Part shown: positions 37,298-48,079 of the stretch, one piece after another
How positions within the stretch are numbered: the first letter of the stretch is position 1
Layout of the letters: each line of letters starts with the position of its first letter
Assembly: GCA_025934135.1 (NCBI GenBank)
Contig: JAICYR010000001.1
Location: 16,117-80,116, forward strand
Source: Acidobacteriaceae bacterium
Lineage (GTDB): Bacteria; Acidobacteriota; Terriglobia; Terriglobales; Acidobacteriaceae
Reading direction: 5' to 3'
DNA length: 64,000 nucleotides
Notes under the pieces: generated by a model
What the model was told of the DNA's origin: nothing
Databases searched by the model: none
Seen by the model: the letters and a program-made list of their open reading frames with translations, nothing else
Program-made: the position numbers and the translations under genes

Positions 37298-38701
37298 ATG
37301 TGGCTCATCCTTCTTCTGCTTCTCATGACCGGAACCGCGTCGGCCTCCACACTTCAGGCGGGTGCCGCGCAGGTGAACATCACGCCGCCCGCGGGCGCGC
37401 CCATGGCCGGCTATTATGTGCCCCGCGTAGCCACCGGCACGCACGACGCCCTGCACGTGAAGGCACTGGTTTTTGAGAAGAACGGGGTTAAGGTTGCCCT
37501 CGCCACCTGCGACCTCGTGTGGCTGCCCCGCAATCTCTCTGAAGAGGCGCGGCAAATTATCCAGCAAAAGACCGGCATTCCCGCCGACCACATCATGATC
37601 AGCGCCACACACGACCACACCGGCCCGGTCATCATGGTCCACCCATCGCGCTATAACCTTCAGGGCGAGATGCTGCACATCACCGAGGACTACACCAACG
37701 CGCTCCCCGGACGCATTGCCCAGGCCGTCATTCTTGCCAACTCCCACCTTCAGCCCGCCCAGATACGCTCCGCCATTGGCCGCGAAACTTCGCTCGCCTT
37801 CAACCGCCGCTACTACATGAAAGACGGCTCCGTTGGCTGGAACCCCGGCAAGCTGAACCCGAAAGTCTGGCGTCAGGCCGGGCCTACCGATCCGTCCGTA
37901 CCCGTCGTTTATGTCGAAACGCCTGACGGAAAAGGCATCGCCAGCTACGTGAATTTCGCCATGCACCAGGACACAACTGGCGGCCTGAAGTGGTCTGCGG
38001 ATTATTCCTACGCGCTCGGCAAAATCCTTCAGATGGCCAAGGGCGACGACCTGGTCAGCATTTTCACCATTGGCTGCGCGGGCGACATCAATCATCTCGA
38101 CACCTCGCGCAAAGACCCGCAGGCCAGCTACGAAGAAGCCGCAAGAATCGGCGCGGTGCTGGCTGGCGACGCCCTCAAAGTGATTCAGCGCGCTCCCATT
38201 ATCCCCGTTTCACAAATTCTTGTAAGCTCGCGCGTGCTCAAGCTGGACCTTCCCCACTTCACGCCACAGGAGGTTGCCTGGGCGTACCGCACGCAGGCCA
38301 CCGTCGGCACAGCAAACCCCGCGCCATTTCTCGATCTGGTCCGCGCGGCTAAGATTCTTGAAATCGACAGCCGCCACGGCAAGCGCTTCGATGCCGAGGT
38401 GCAGGTCATCGCGCTCAGCGATCAACTCGCCTTTGTCGGCTTTCCCGGAGAAATGTTCACGCAGTTCGGGCTGAACGTGAAACAGGACTCTCCGTTCCCC
38501 CTTACTATTACCGAGGAGCTGGCCAACGGCGCGCTGGGATACATCCCCAATCGCCAAGCCTATCCGGAAGGCGCCTACGAAGTGGTCTCCACGCGCCTCA
38601 AACCGGGAGCGGGCGAGCGCCTGATGAACTCCGCCCTCGACCAGCTCAGGGCCGTGTTCACTGCCGCCCGGGCCGAGGTTGCCGCTCCGACGCCCCACTA
38701 G
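37298..38701 (+). CDS. Neutral/alkaline ceramidase-like amidohydrolase
   Basis: AG.A..NITP, HD.L..KAL, SATH.HTGP, FNRR, NFA.H, G..GD.N, PGE.F, LANG..GYIP. Confidence 0.78.
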   Translation: MWLILLLLLMTGTASASTLQAGAAQVNITPPAGAPMAGYYVPRVATGTHDALHVKALVFEKNGVKVALATCDLVWLPRNLSEEARQIIQQKTGIPADHIMISATHDHTGPVIMVHPSRYNLQGEMLHITEDYTNALPGRIAQAVILANSHLQPAQIRSAIGRETSLAFNRRYYMKDGSVGWNPGKLNPKVWRQAGPTDPSVPVVYVETPDGKGIASYVNFAMHQDTTGGLKWSADYSYALGKILQMAKGDDLVSIFTIGCAGDINHLDTSRKDPQASYEEAARIGAVLAGDALKVIQRAPIIPVSQILVSSRVLKLDLPHFTPQEVAWAYRTQATVGTANPAPFLDLVRAAKILEIDSRHGKRFDAEVQVIALSDQLAFVGFPGEMFTQFGLNVKQDSPFPLTITEELANGALGYIPNRQAYPEGAYEVVSTRLKPGAGERLMNSALDQLRAVFTAARAEVAAPTPH

Positions 38702-38711
38702 AACAGACCGC

Positions 38712-39689
38712 TTACTTCTTCTCTGGCTCGCGAGGCGCGTTGGCGAACTCCGCTGTCAGCCGCCGAATTCTGTAGTTGAATTCGGCAAAGCGCGCCTCCC
38801 ACGCTTTGGCCTCTTCCGGCGTGTATTGATAAAACCCGTGGCCGTTGGAAATCCCGCGCCCGCCGTTCTCCACCACCTCGCGCATCAGCTTCGGAATCCC
38901 CTTCTCCGTTGTGAGGTCCGGAAGCAGGTCGCCCATCACGCGGTAGTACGCCTCCACGCCCATCAGGTCCATATATCGAAATGGTCCCGCGAACGGAATC
39001 CACCACCCCACGTCATTGCGCAGCGAGCGGTCAACATCCTCCACCGTACACACGCCCGACTCCACCAAATGACAAGCCTCGCGAAACATGGCATAGGAAA
39101 TGCGGTTCGTGATGAATCCTCGAATCTCCTTCCGCAGCACCGAAGGTTCTTTCCCCCACAGCGGAGCAAGCGCGGCAATCCGGTCCAGATACTCCGTCGC
39201 GGTCCGCCCGCCGGGAATGATCTCCATGAACCGCGTCACGTGCGCCGGCTCATCCCAATGCACTCCCAGAATTCGCTCCGGATGCGCTGCGCCTTCCTGC
39301 AACAGCGAAACGGGAAGCGCCGAAGTGTTCGACGCTAGAATGCAGTCCGCCGAGACAACGCGCTCCGCATCTCGCAGCAGTTGCCGCTTCAGTTCCAGGT
39401 TCTCCGTCACAGATTCAATAACGATCTCGGCGTCGGCAATCTCATTGAGGTTTGCTGTCATCCTGAACCCGCCCATTACCTTTTCTGACGGTTCGCCCAG
39501 CAGACCCTCCTGGTTCATCTCCCGCAGCAGCGCCTCAATTTTCTCCGGCACAAACGCGCTCGCTTCCAGATCGTTGGTCACGCCCGTCACCTTGTGCCCC
39601 GCGGCAAGCAGGCACGCTGCGATGCTGCGCCCCATTAACCCAAGTCCAATCACCGCCACCGGCCCAGGCCGGAGATTTTCGCCGCTCAT
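38712..39689 (-). CDS. 3-hydroxyacyl-CoA dehydrogenase family protein
   Basis: VIGLGLMG, ESVTE.LELK, ASNTS, HWDEP, GFI.NR, GPF..MD. Confidence 0.88.
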   Translation of the reverse strand: MSGENLRPGPVAVIGLGLMGRSIAACLLAAGHKVTGVTNDLEASAFVPEKIEALLREMNQEGLLGEPSEKVMGGFRMTANLNEIADAEIVIESVTENLELKRQLLRDAERVVSADCILASNTSALPVSLLQEGAAHPERILGVHWDEPAHVTRFMEIIPGGRTATEYLDRIAALAPLWGKEPSVLRKEIRGFITNRISYAMFREACHLVESGVCTVEDVDRSLRNDVGWWIPFAGPFRYMDLMGVEAYYRVMGDLLPDLTTEKGIPKLMREVVENGGRGISNGHGFYQYTPEEAKAWEARFAEFNYRIRRLTAEFANAPREPEKK

Positions 39690-39701
39690 TGTCGGTCCTC
39701 T

Positions 39702-41069
39702 CTACTCACTAAAATCCATTCGCGCGGGCGCTCGCCGGAACCCGCCGGTAATCGCCGCCAGATACAGAATCCCGATCAGCACCCACGCGCCGCCAATCCA
39801 CTTCGCCAGATGCGGCAGGCTCCACCAGATCGCTCCGCAGAAGAGCAGCGCTCCCACCGGAGCGACCAGATCGCGCAGGAAATTCCGCTCACGCCGCATT
39901 ACATAAAAGGTCTTCACCACCGCCGCGTTCACGCCCATAAAGGCGAGGAACGCTCCAAAGTTCAGAACCTCGGCGGCGTGTTCATAACTCAGCGTCAGCG
40001 ATCCGCAAATTGTGACGGCGCCGATCAGCAATATGTTGAACACCGGCGTGTTCGTCGCCCCTGCCAGCCGTCCGAACGCGCGGCGCGGAAGCACCCCATC
40101 GCGGCCCATTCCATAGAGCAGGCGCGCCGCTCCCACCTGTCCTGTGAGCGCGGTGCCTATGCACGCAACAAATAGCGTGACGGCCATCGCCTGGAACAGC
40201 CACGGCCCTCCCGCGCGGCCGCACACGTCCAGAAACGCCGTCTCCACATTCGGAAAATTGTTGTATGTCGGCCACACCCGCGCCGCCAGATAAATCTGCA
40301 CCGCGCTAAACACGCCCGTAATGGCGCACACCAGAACCGTGGCAATCAGTACGTTCTTTCGCGGATTTTTCACGTCCTCGGCCAGCGTGGTCACACCATC
40401 GAACCCGATATACGTCAGCGCTGCGAATGAGGTCGCGGTGAAGATCGCCCCCAAATGAAATGTTGAAGGATTGTAAATTGGCTTAAAGCTGAACAGCGCC
40501 GACGTCCCGCCGTGCAACGCAAGATAGTGCACCGCCGCCACAAAAAACACCGCGATCACCGCGCACATTCCGCATAGCAGGACAATGTTCCACCGCGCAG
40601 TCGAGCGGATGCCGCGCAGGTTCAGCCCCGTCGTCAGCAGCACGAGAACCACAACCCACACCGCGTATGGAACGTGCGGCACAATCCGCGTCAGCGTAAT
40701 GGCTGCATAAATCGTGCTGACAATCGGAATAATCAGATAGTCCAGCACCATACCCCATCCGGCAATGAATCCCAGATGAACGTTCAGCCCGCGCGAAACG
40801 TAGGTGTAAGCCGACCCCGCCGATGGATACACCGAGGCCATCCTGCCGTAGCTGATGGCCGTCAGCATCATGGCGCACATGGCGATCAGCACCGTGGTAA
40901 CCATGTGGCCCTGAGACAACTGCTGCGCCACGCCGAACAGCCCCACGGCGGCGATGGGTTGGATAAGCACGACCCCGTAAAACACAAGGTCCCACAGCCC
41001 CAGCACGCGCCTGAGTTCCGTTGCTTCCGCCGTGCTGGACAAAGATGCCTCGCTCATGCGCGGTTTCAC
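39702..41069 (-). CDS. APC family amino acid/polyamine permease
   Basis: LRRVL.LWDLV.YG, YP.AGSAYTY, YIGFDG.TTL.E, ARLLYGMGRDG; PuuP-like. Confidence 0.9.
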   Translation of the reverse strand: MKPRMSEASLSSTAEATELRRVLGLWDLVFYGVVLIQPIAAVGLFGVAQQLSQGHMVTTVLIAMCAMMLTAISYGRMASVYPSAGSAYTYVSRGLNVHLGFIAGWGMVLDYLIIPIVSTIYAAITLTRIVPHVPYAVWVVVLVLLTTGLNLRGIRSTARWNIVLLCGMCAVIAVFFVAAVHYLALHGGTSALFSFKPIYNPSTFHLGAIFTATSFAALTYIGFDGVTTLAEDVKNPRKNVLIATVLVCAITGVFSAVQIYLAARVWPTYNNFPNVETAFLDVCGRAGGPWLFQAMAVTLFVACIGTALTGQVGAARLLYGMGRDGVLPRRAFGRLAGATNTPVFNILLIGAVTICGSLTLSYEHAAEVLNFGAFLAFMGVNAAVVKTFYVMRRERNFLRDLVAPVGALLFCGAIWWSLPHLAKWIGGAWVLIGILYLAAITGGFRRAPARMDFSE

Positions 41070-41162
41070 TCTTCGGTTGACTTTACCCTATCGCTGTCCG
41101 ACCATGGATGCGAGTATCATTTGAAACCGTAAGGTTCAATACAAAAATACATCAGGAGCGCC

Positions 41163-42506
41163 GTGGACCACCAGACCCAAGTTTCCCAGCCATTCTCCCC
41201 CGCATTGCACGAACAAAAAGTCCGCGCAAAAACCGGAGGCTCGCTTGAGCGCTGGCAACGCGCCTCGCGCAGCCTTGCCGGAGGAGTTTCCAGCGGCCTG
41301 CGCCGCTCCGCCTTCCCGCATCCGCTCTACTTCACGCATGGCAGCGGCGCAAAACTCTATGACGTGGACGGCAACGAATACCTCGACTACACGCTCGCCT
41401 GGGGGCCGAACATTCTCGGCAATGCGCCCGCCGAAGTCGTCGAAGCCGTGCGCGAAACCATCCAGAACGGCCTGACCTTCGGCGCGCAGCACGACCTGGA
41501 ATACGAAGTCGCCGAGATGCTTACGCAGATCATCCCCTGCGCCGACCGCGTCTGCTTCGCCAACAGCGGCACGGAAATCGTGCAGGTCGCGCTTCGTCTG
41601 GCTCGCGCCGCTACGGGACGCGCGAAGTTCCTCAAGTTTGAAGGTCACTACCACGGCTGGGACGACAGCGTTTTGCAAAGCTATCACCCCTCCGCCGAGC
41701 AGCTTGCCGCTGGCAATGGCGCGCCCATTTCAGTCGGCGCGGGACAGATCCCCGCTGCCTCAACCGTCGTCGCGCAATGGAACAATCCCGACAGCGTGCG
41801 CGAAGCCTTTGAAAAAAACCCCGGCGAAATCTCCGCCATCATCTGCGAGCCGCTCCTGTGCAACAGTGGCTGCATCGCGCCGCAGCTGGGCTTTCTCGAA
41901 TTCCTTCGCGACATCACGACCCAAAACGGCGCGCTGCTGATCTTTGATGAAGTCATCACCGGGTTCCGCCTCGGCCTCGCTGGAGCGCAGGGCTTCTACG
42001 GAATCACGCCCGATCTCGCCACCTATGCCAAGGCCGTCGGCGCGGGCGCGCCGCTCAGCGTACTCGCCGGACGGCAGCAATATATGGAACTGATCGAGTC
42101 CGGCAAAGTCGTCCACGCCGGAACGCTGAATGGGAACCTCATCGCGCTTTCCGCCGCACGCGCCGCGCTCACTTTCCTCATGCGCGACGCGGATGCGATC
42201 TACGGCAACCTGTTTCGCCGGGGCGAACGCCTGCGGGACGGCATCCTCTCCATCCTCCGCGAACACGGGCACCAAGTTTGCGCGGCGGGCGAAGGCCCCG
42301 TCTTCCATCTGGCGTTTATTGCGAAGCAGCCGCGCACCTATCGCGATCTGCTCGCCGCAGACGCGCGCGCCTACCGCGACTTTCTGCTGGCCCTTCAGGA
42401 TGAGGGTGTAATGCCCTTGCCCGACGGACGCTGGTATCTTTCCACCGCGCACACGGACGACGACATCGACGCTACGCTCGAAGCCGTCCGCCGCGCGACG
42501 GAATAA
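41163..42506 (+). CDS. Class III PLP aminotransferase (glutamate-1-semialdehyde aminomutase-like)
   Basis: DVDGNEYLDY, NSGTE, FEGHYHG, IFDEVITGFR, AK, HAGTLNGN. Confidence 0.88.
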   Translation: MDHQTQVSQPFSPALHEQKVRAKTGGSLERWQRASRSLAGGVSSGLRRSAFPHPLYFTHGSGAKLYDVDGNEYLDYTLAWGPNILGNAPAEVVEAVRETIQNGLTFGAQHDLEYEVAEMLTQIIPCADRVCFANSGTEIVQVALRLARAATGRAKFLKFEGHYHGWDDSVLQSYHPSAEQLAAGNGAPISVGAGQIPAASTVVAQWNNPDSVREAFEKNPGEISAIICEPLLCNSGCIAPQLGFLEFLRDITTQNGALLIFDEVITGFRLGLAGAQGFYGITPDLATYAKAVGAGAPLSVLAGRQQYMELIESGKVVHAGTLNGNLIALSAARAALTFLMRDADAIYGNLFRRGERLRDGILSILREHGHQVCAAGEGPVFHLAFIAKQPRTYRDLLAADARAYRDFLLALQDEGVMPLPDGRWYLSTAHTDDDIDATLEAVRRATE

Positions 42507-42545
42507 GCATTAGGCCGCTCCGGTGCATTGCGCCAGAGCGGTTCC

Positions 42546-42938
42546 CTACTTCACCGGTAGATACGCCACGCAGTCAATTTCCACCTTCATTCCCGGTTCC
42601 ACCAGCGTTGCCTGTACGGTGGTGCGCGCCGGGGCCGTGCCCTCGAAGAACGCGGCATAGACTTCGTTCATCGCGCTGAAGTCCTCCGCCTTGGCCAGAA
42701 ACACGCCGCACTTCACAATGTTCCGCTTGCTCGCGCCGCAGCCCTTCAGCACGCGCTCCACATTCTCAAGCGTCAGCCGTGTCTCGCCGCGAATATCGCT
42801 AAACACAAATTCCTGGGTCGCGGGATCGATCGGCCCCTGTCCCGACGCATACAGAAAATCTCCCGCGCGGACCACCTGCGAATACGCTCCCTTGGGCGAC
42901 GGAGCATCCTCAATGCTGATGCGCTCAACCTCGCTCAT
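42546..42938 (-). CDS. RidA family enamine/imine deaminase
   Basis: YSQ, SGQ, F.AMNEVY..FF, PART, VEI motifs. Confidence 0.92.
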   Translation of the reverse strand: MSEVERISIEDAPSPKGAYSQVVRAGDFLYASGQGPIDPATQEFVFSDIRGETRLTLENVERVLKGCGASKRNIVKCGVFLAKAEDFSAMNEVYAAFFEGTAPARTTVQATLVEPGMKVEIDCVAYLPVK

Positions 42939-43026
42939 CGTTCTTCCTCCTGCATAGAATCGGTCTCAATAGATATATACTACGTTCAATAGAAACACAC
43001 CCACTGCTCTGCAAAGCGAGGTTCTG

Positions 43027-44544
43027 TTGGCCAATTTTCTCTTTACCGGCGGCACCATCATCGATGGCTCGGGAGCCCCGCCCGTTCAGGCCGATATCCT
43101 TACCCAAGGCGATCGCATCGCGAACATCGGCCTCGGCCTCGCTTCTCAACCTGCTCCCGGCGTCACCCGAATCGACTGCACTGGCCTCACGCTCGCTCCC
43201 GGATTCATCGACTCCCATACCCATTCCGACCTCCAGGTTGTGGAAGGCCGCACGGAAAAGCTGCACCAGGGCGTGACCACGGAAGTGGTGGGAAATTGCG
43301 GCTTCTCCGCCTACCCGCCCGCGCGCGATCCCGCCGAGCTTCGCTCCTTCGCCAACGGAATCTTCTGCGGAGACGACGCCTGGGGATGGCCCTCTACTGA
43401 AGCCTACCTCCGCGCCATCGAAGCCAGCCGCACCGCGAATGTGGCTTCGCTGGTCGGCCACGGATCGCTGCGCATCGCCGTCGCGGGCAACCGGCAAGGT
43501 CCGCTCACAGAATCCGAGCTTTGCTCCATGGAAAGCCTGCTTGCGGAAGCGCTCTCCGCCGGCGCCGTCGGCTTCTCCACCGGACTAATGTATGCGCCCG
43601 GCTCCAGCGCGCTCACCGACGAGTTACAGCGCCTCTGCAACGTAACAGCAAAACACGGCGGCATTTACACCAGCCACATCCGCTCCTATTTTTCGGGACT
43701 TGTCGACGCGGTCGAAGAGCAACTTAATCTCGCACGCCGCAGCGGAGGCCGTCTCCAGATTTCACATCTTCAGGCCGTCGGCGCGAACAATTGGCATCTG
43801 CAAGCCAAGGCCATCGAAGCCATCGAGCAGGCCCGAACCGAAGGGGTCGATGTCGAGTTCGACTGCTACCCTTACGTCGCCGGCTCCAGTGTGCTCACGC
43901 AAGTGCTGCCACAGAGCGCGCTCGACGGCGGTCTTCCCGCGCTCATAGCGAGGCTGCGCAACTCGGCCCAGCGGCAGGCCATTCGCGAAGAAACACTGCG
44001 CATTATTCCCTGGCGCTGGTCAGACATTCACATTTCTTCCGTCGGGTCCGAACGGAACCTCGGCTCAATTGGCAAAACCCTCGAAGAGATTGCCATCGAG
44101 CTCCGCTGCGAGCCGGTGGACGCCATGCTTGATCTGCTGCTTGAAGAAGAAGGCGACGCCAACATGCTCTGCTTCAACCAGAGCACCGAGAACCTGCGCG
44201 CCAGCCTCAGCCATCCGTGCGCCACCATTATCAGCGACGGCTTTTACGTCAAGGGCCGCCCGCATCCGCGCCTGCACGGGACTTTTCCTCTGCTGCTCGG
44301 GACCATCTCGCGGCAGCGCGGCTGGCTTACTCTTCCTGAAGCCGTACACAAGATCACCGGCAAACCCGCCGCGCGCTACGGGCTCAAGCAGCGCGGCCTG
44401 CTGAAGCCCGAATACTTTGCGGACATCGTCGCCTTCCGCGCTGATGCAGTCGACAGCCCGGCCACTTATGAGTCGCCGGAACTCGCCCCCATCGGCATTG
44501 AGTTTGTCTACCGCAACGGACAACCCACTCCGTTTGCCAATTGA
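43027..44544 (+). CDS. N-acyl-D-amino-acid deacylase family protein
   Basis: PGFID.HTHSD, GNCG, STGL.Y.PG, SHIR, YPY.A, SDG....PHPR..GTF. Confidence 0.9.
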   Translation: MANFLFTGGTIIDGSGAPPVQADILTQGDRIANIGLGLASQPAPGVTRIDCTGLTLAPGFIDSHTHSDLQVVEGRTEKLHQGVTTEVVGNCGFSAYPPARDPAELRSFANGIFCGDDAWGWPSTEAYLRAIEASRTANVASLVGHGSLRIAVAGNRQGPLTESELCSMESLLAEALSAGAVGFSTGLMYAPGSSALTDELQRLCNVTAKHGGIYTSHIRSYFSGLVDAVEEQLNLARRSGGRLQISHLQAVGANNWHLQAKAIEAIEQARTEGVDVEFDCYPYVAGSSVLTQVLPQSALDGGLPALIARLRNSAQRQAIREETLRIIPWRWSDIHISSVGSERNLGSIGKTLEEIAIELRCEPVDAMLDLLLEEEGDANMLCFNQSTENLRASLSHPCATIISDGFYVKGRPHPRLHGTFPLLLGTISRQRGWLTLPEAVHKITGKPAARYGLKQRGLLKPEYFADIVAFRADAVDSPATYESPELAPIGIEFVYRNGQPTPFAN

Positions 44545-44564
44545 GACCACAAGACGAGGATGCG

Positions 44565-45383
44565 ATGCTGGCCAATGTGAAGACCAAAAGCCGGGCCGCC
44601 AAAAAGCAGCTCCCGAAGAAGCCCAGCCACGCCGGAAGATATTCCGTTCCGGTCGTGCGCAGCACCTTCCGCATTCTTGAGGAGCTCTCCCAGGCCGGGC
44701 TTCTCGGTCTGAACGAACTCACCCGCAGCACTGGAATCTCCAAGTCCACTGTCTTCCGCATTCTCAACACGCTTCAGGAAATGGGCTACGTTCTGCGCGA
44801 CGACGGTGGATACCGCATCAGTCCCACCCTGGGCCGCTTGGCGGGCGAGGAAGCCTCCAGCGAAGCGCTGCGGCGGCTGGCGCTTCCGGCTATGCTCGGC
44901 CTGCGCGACCAATACGGCGAAACCGTGAACCTCGGCGTGCTCAGCTTTGACAAAGTGACCTATCTGGAAGTCGTGCCCAGCGAGTTCGCCCTTCGTCTGG
45001 AAGAGCGCCGGGGCGCTTCCGTTCCCGCGCACGCCAGCGCTCTCGGTAAGGCCATCCTCTCCTTCTCCCCGCGCAATGCCGTGCATGCTCTCATTAACGG
45101 ACGCCCGCTGGAGATCATCACGCGCAACACCATCTCCAATCCCGACGAGTTTCTAGCCGAACTGAAGCGGGTCCGCCACGCGGGCTTCGCCTTCGACCGT
45201 GGCGAAGGCTCTCTGCTGGCCATCTGCATCGGCGCGCCCATTCTCGACGCGCAGGGGAACGCCGTCGCCGCCATGAGCATCTCCGGCCCTGCCTCGCGTT
45301 TCAACCCTCGCAAAGATTCTCCCGTCGTCACGTCGCTGCTGAAGGCGACCTCGGAGCTTTCCGCAAAAATCGCGCGCCCCTAG
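44565..45383 (+). CDS. IclR family transcriptional regulator
   Basis: HTH SKSTVFRILNTL, ETVNLG, HASALGKAIL, APILD...AAMSISGP. Confidence 0.92.
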   Translation: MLANVKTKSRAAKKQLPKKPSHAGRYSVPVVRSTFRILEELSQAGLLGLNELTRSTGISKSTVFRILNTLQEMGYVLRDDGGYRISPTLGRLAGEEASSEALRRLALPAMLGLRDQYGETVNLGVLSFDKVTYLEVVPSEFALRLEERRGASVPAHASALGKAILSFSPRNAVHALINGRPLEIITRNTISNPDEFLAELKRVRHAGFAFDRGEGSLLAICIGAPILDAQGNAVAAMSISGPASRFNPRKDSPVVTSLLKATSELSAKIARP

Positions 45384-45464
45384 CCGGACTCCGCGGTTGA
45401 CAACCCATTGCGCCATCCCTGATTTTATTAGTGACTTTATTTCCCTAATGACGGAGATACTCTG

Positions 45465-47990
45465 ATGCAACGCCGCTTGCTCCAGCCGCTGGCCCTCCTC
45501 TGCCTCGCGTTTTTCTGCTTCCAGGCTGCTCTGGCCCAGGACGGCGGCATTTCCAAAATCCCGCTTGGGCAGCTTGACCCGGCGCGCACCGTCGCGCAAC
45601 CGCAGCTTTTTTCGTCATTCCACAAGCCGCTGCCGGAGCAGTACATCTGGACCCGCGAAGATTCGGCTGTCGGCCAATCCACTTTCATCCGCTACGAGCG
45701 TCCTGGCGTGAATGACAAAACCGCGCCGCATTATTTTCGCGTCAGCTTCAACGTGTCCGCCGTTCCGAAAGGCGCGACCCTCTACATCGCCGGTCCCCAC
45801 TCCGTTACCGCGTATGTGAACGGGACTCTCGCCGGACACGTGGTGGGAAACAACCTCAACCCGCTCGGCATGCACGTCTTCCAAATGAACGTGGCGCATC
45901 TGCTCAAGCCGGGACAGAACGTGCTGGCCCTCCAGGTGGTGCGCGGGCGTGGCGTTCATGGCTTCCTCAACAGCGCTCTGGCCATGCAGCAGGTTTTCGG
46001 CGAGATATTGGTCGCAAAAATTATTCCCGCCGCTCCCGGCGTGGACGCTCCCGCCATTCTCATCAGCGGTCCGCAGTGGAAGGGCACGCTCCACGCTTCC
46101 TCTGGATGGCAGCGCCCGGACTATGACGACTCAGCCTGGCCCACGGTCGCCGCCCTTAGCCCCATTGAAGGCTCCATCGATCTGCTCCAGTGGAACGCCG
46201 ATGCCGGTCTCTACGACTGGCCCGGTTACGAAGGCGCTTCGCCCTTCCTCGCGCACATGTATCTGCCCGCCGCAAAAGTTGACGATGTGCAGACGGGCCG
46301 CAGCAGCTTTGAAAATCTCGACGCTCTCACCGATGCCTCACCCAGCGGCGATTTTGCCGTAAAGCTCGGCAACATCGCTCCCGGTACAGAATTCGCGCCT
46401 GAGATCACGCTGGACTTTGGCCGCGAGGTGAATGGCCGCGTCGAATTTGTGTCGGACTCCGACTCGCAAGCCGTCGTCTCCATCCAGTACGGAGAATCCA
46501 AAGGTGCGGCGGACAACGAACCATACCTCGGAGTCAACGTCCTTCGTATCCCCCCGCACGGTTCGGCGCACGGGCCTAAATCGGCCTTCCGCTATGCGCG
46601 CATCCGCTTCCTCGCCGGCGGGCCTGACCTGAAATTCAAGACCATCCATCTCGAAGACATCTATTATCCGGTCAAGTATGAAGGCTCCTTCGAGTCTTCC
46701 GACCCGCTGCTGAACCGCATCTGGGAGACCGGGGCCTACACCGTCCATCTCTGCATGCAGGACGACATCTGGGACGCGCCCAAGCGCGACCGCGGTCGCT
46801 GGATGGGCGACACCGACGTCAGCGGGCACGTGAGCGACACCATCTTTTTCGATCACTTCCTGCTCAAAGACACGCTCTCGCACCTGATCGGCGACGCTCC
46901 CGTTCAGCAGCACGTGAACGGCATCCCCGGTTACTCCTCGTTCTGGCTCACCGAGCTGGAGAATTACGAGCGCCACACCGGAGACACCGCCTACCTGCGG
47001 CAGGTCCACGCACGACTGGTGCAATTGCTCGACTTCATGGACAAGGAATTTAACGCCCAGAACCAATTCATTGACCGCACCGGCGCGTGGCTGTTTGTGG
47101 ACTGGGCTCCTGAACTCAATGGCGACACTCCGGAGGCCCGCATCGCCACCACCATGGAGTACGCGCGCGCCTATCTCGCCGGGGCTGCCCTGCTCCGCCA
47201 AATCGGAGATAACGCCACCGCCGCCCACTTTGAAACCCGCGCGGCGCAACTCAAGCAGGCACTTCAGCACTCGGCGTGGTCACAAGCCAATGGAGACTTT
47301 GGCCCGCGCTGGCAAACCAACGCCATGGCCGTGATCTCCGACGTCGCCAACCCCAGCCAGTACCCCTCCATCTGGAATTACGTTCTCTCGCACGTTGGCG
47401 AGCCTACCATCCGGCCCAACGTCATCACCCCGTACTACGGCGCCTACGTGCTTGACGCCATGGCGAAAATGAATCACCGCGCCGACGCGCTCAAGTGGAT
47501 CCGCGAATACTGGGGCGGAATGATTGACGAGGGCGCAACCAGCTTCTGGGAAGCCTATGACCCGGCGTGGCCCAAGGGCAATCCTCACGCGAGCCTCCAG
47601 GCCGACAACGGCACTGGATACTTCGTGAGCCTCGCTCATGGATGGTCCACCAGCCCAACCTACTGGCTTATGGAGCAGGTGCTCGGCATCCAACCCACTG
47701 CCGAAGGCTTCAGCAAAACCATCATCCGCCCCGACCTTGTTGATCTGAAGTGGGCGCGCGGCCAGGAGCCGACTCCGCACGGCCTGCTCAAGGTAGACCT
47801 CCGCAACCAGAACGGCATGGTCGCCTCCATTGACCTGCCTGCGGGCGTCAATACCACCGTGCTATTTCCCATCACAAAAGGAGCGAGCAGCGTCACCGTG
47901 AATGGCACGCCCCGCAAAGGAAGGCTGGCGGAGAAGGGCTCGCGCATGGCCATCACGCTCGACCAGCCCGGACACTACGAATTGCGATAG
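45465..47990 (+). CDS. GH78 alpha-L-rhamnosidase
   Basis: LDFG.E, DAPKRDR..W.GD, GATSFWE, SLAHGW, VLGI.P motifs; adjacent to rha genes. Confidence 0.9.
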   Translation: MQRRLLQPLALLCLAFFCFQAALAQDGGISKIPLGQLDPARTVAQPQLFSSFHKPLPEQYIWTREDSAVGQSTFIRYERPGVNDKTAPHYFRVSFNVSAVPKGATLYIAGPHSVTAYVNGTLAGHVVGNNLNPLGMHVFQMNVAHLLKPGQNVLALQVVRGRGVHGFLNSALAMQQVFGEILVAKIIPAAPGVDAPAILISGPQWKGTLHASSGWQRPDYDDSAWPTVAALSPIEGSIDLLQWNADAGLYDWPGYEGASPFLAHMYLPAAKVDDVQTGRSSFENLDALTDASPSGDFAVKLGNIAPGTEFAPEITLDFGREVNGRVEFVSDSDSQAVVSIQYGESKGAADNEPYLGVNVLRIPPHGSAHGPKSAFRYARIRFLAGGPDLKFKTIHLEDIYYPVKYEGSFESSDPLLNRIWETGAYTVHLCMQDDIWDAPKRDRGRWMGDTDVSGHVSDTIFFDHFLLKDTLSHLIGDAPVQQHVNGIPGYSSFWLTELENYERHTGDTAYLRQVHARLVQLLDFMDKEFNAQNQFIDRTGAWLFVDWAPELNGDTPEARIATTMEYARAYLAGAALLRQIGDNATAAHFETRAAQLKQALQHSAWSQANGDFGPRWQTNAMAVISDVANPSQYPSIWNYVLSHVGEPTIRPNVITPYYGAYVLDAMAKMNHRADALKWIREYWGGMIDEGATSFWEAYDPAWPKGNPHASLQADNGTGYFVSLAHGWSTSPTYWLMEQVLGIQPTAEGFSKTIIRPDLVDLKWARGQEPTPHGLLKVDLRNQNGMVASIDLPAGVNTTVLFPITKGASSVTVNGTPRKGRLAEKGSRMAITLDQPGHYELR

Positions 47991-48079
47991 GAACGAGCAT
48001 TCAGCGATCAGCGGTCAGCGTTCTAACAACACGCGGCACCGCCGACTGAGCACTGAACCTGATCGCTGGTCGCTGACCG

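Noticed and set aside
41163-42506. hemL assignment
   Set aside because: It lacks the usual NSPVRAF N-terminal motif and lies in a catabolic context without other hem genes, so no symbol was given.
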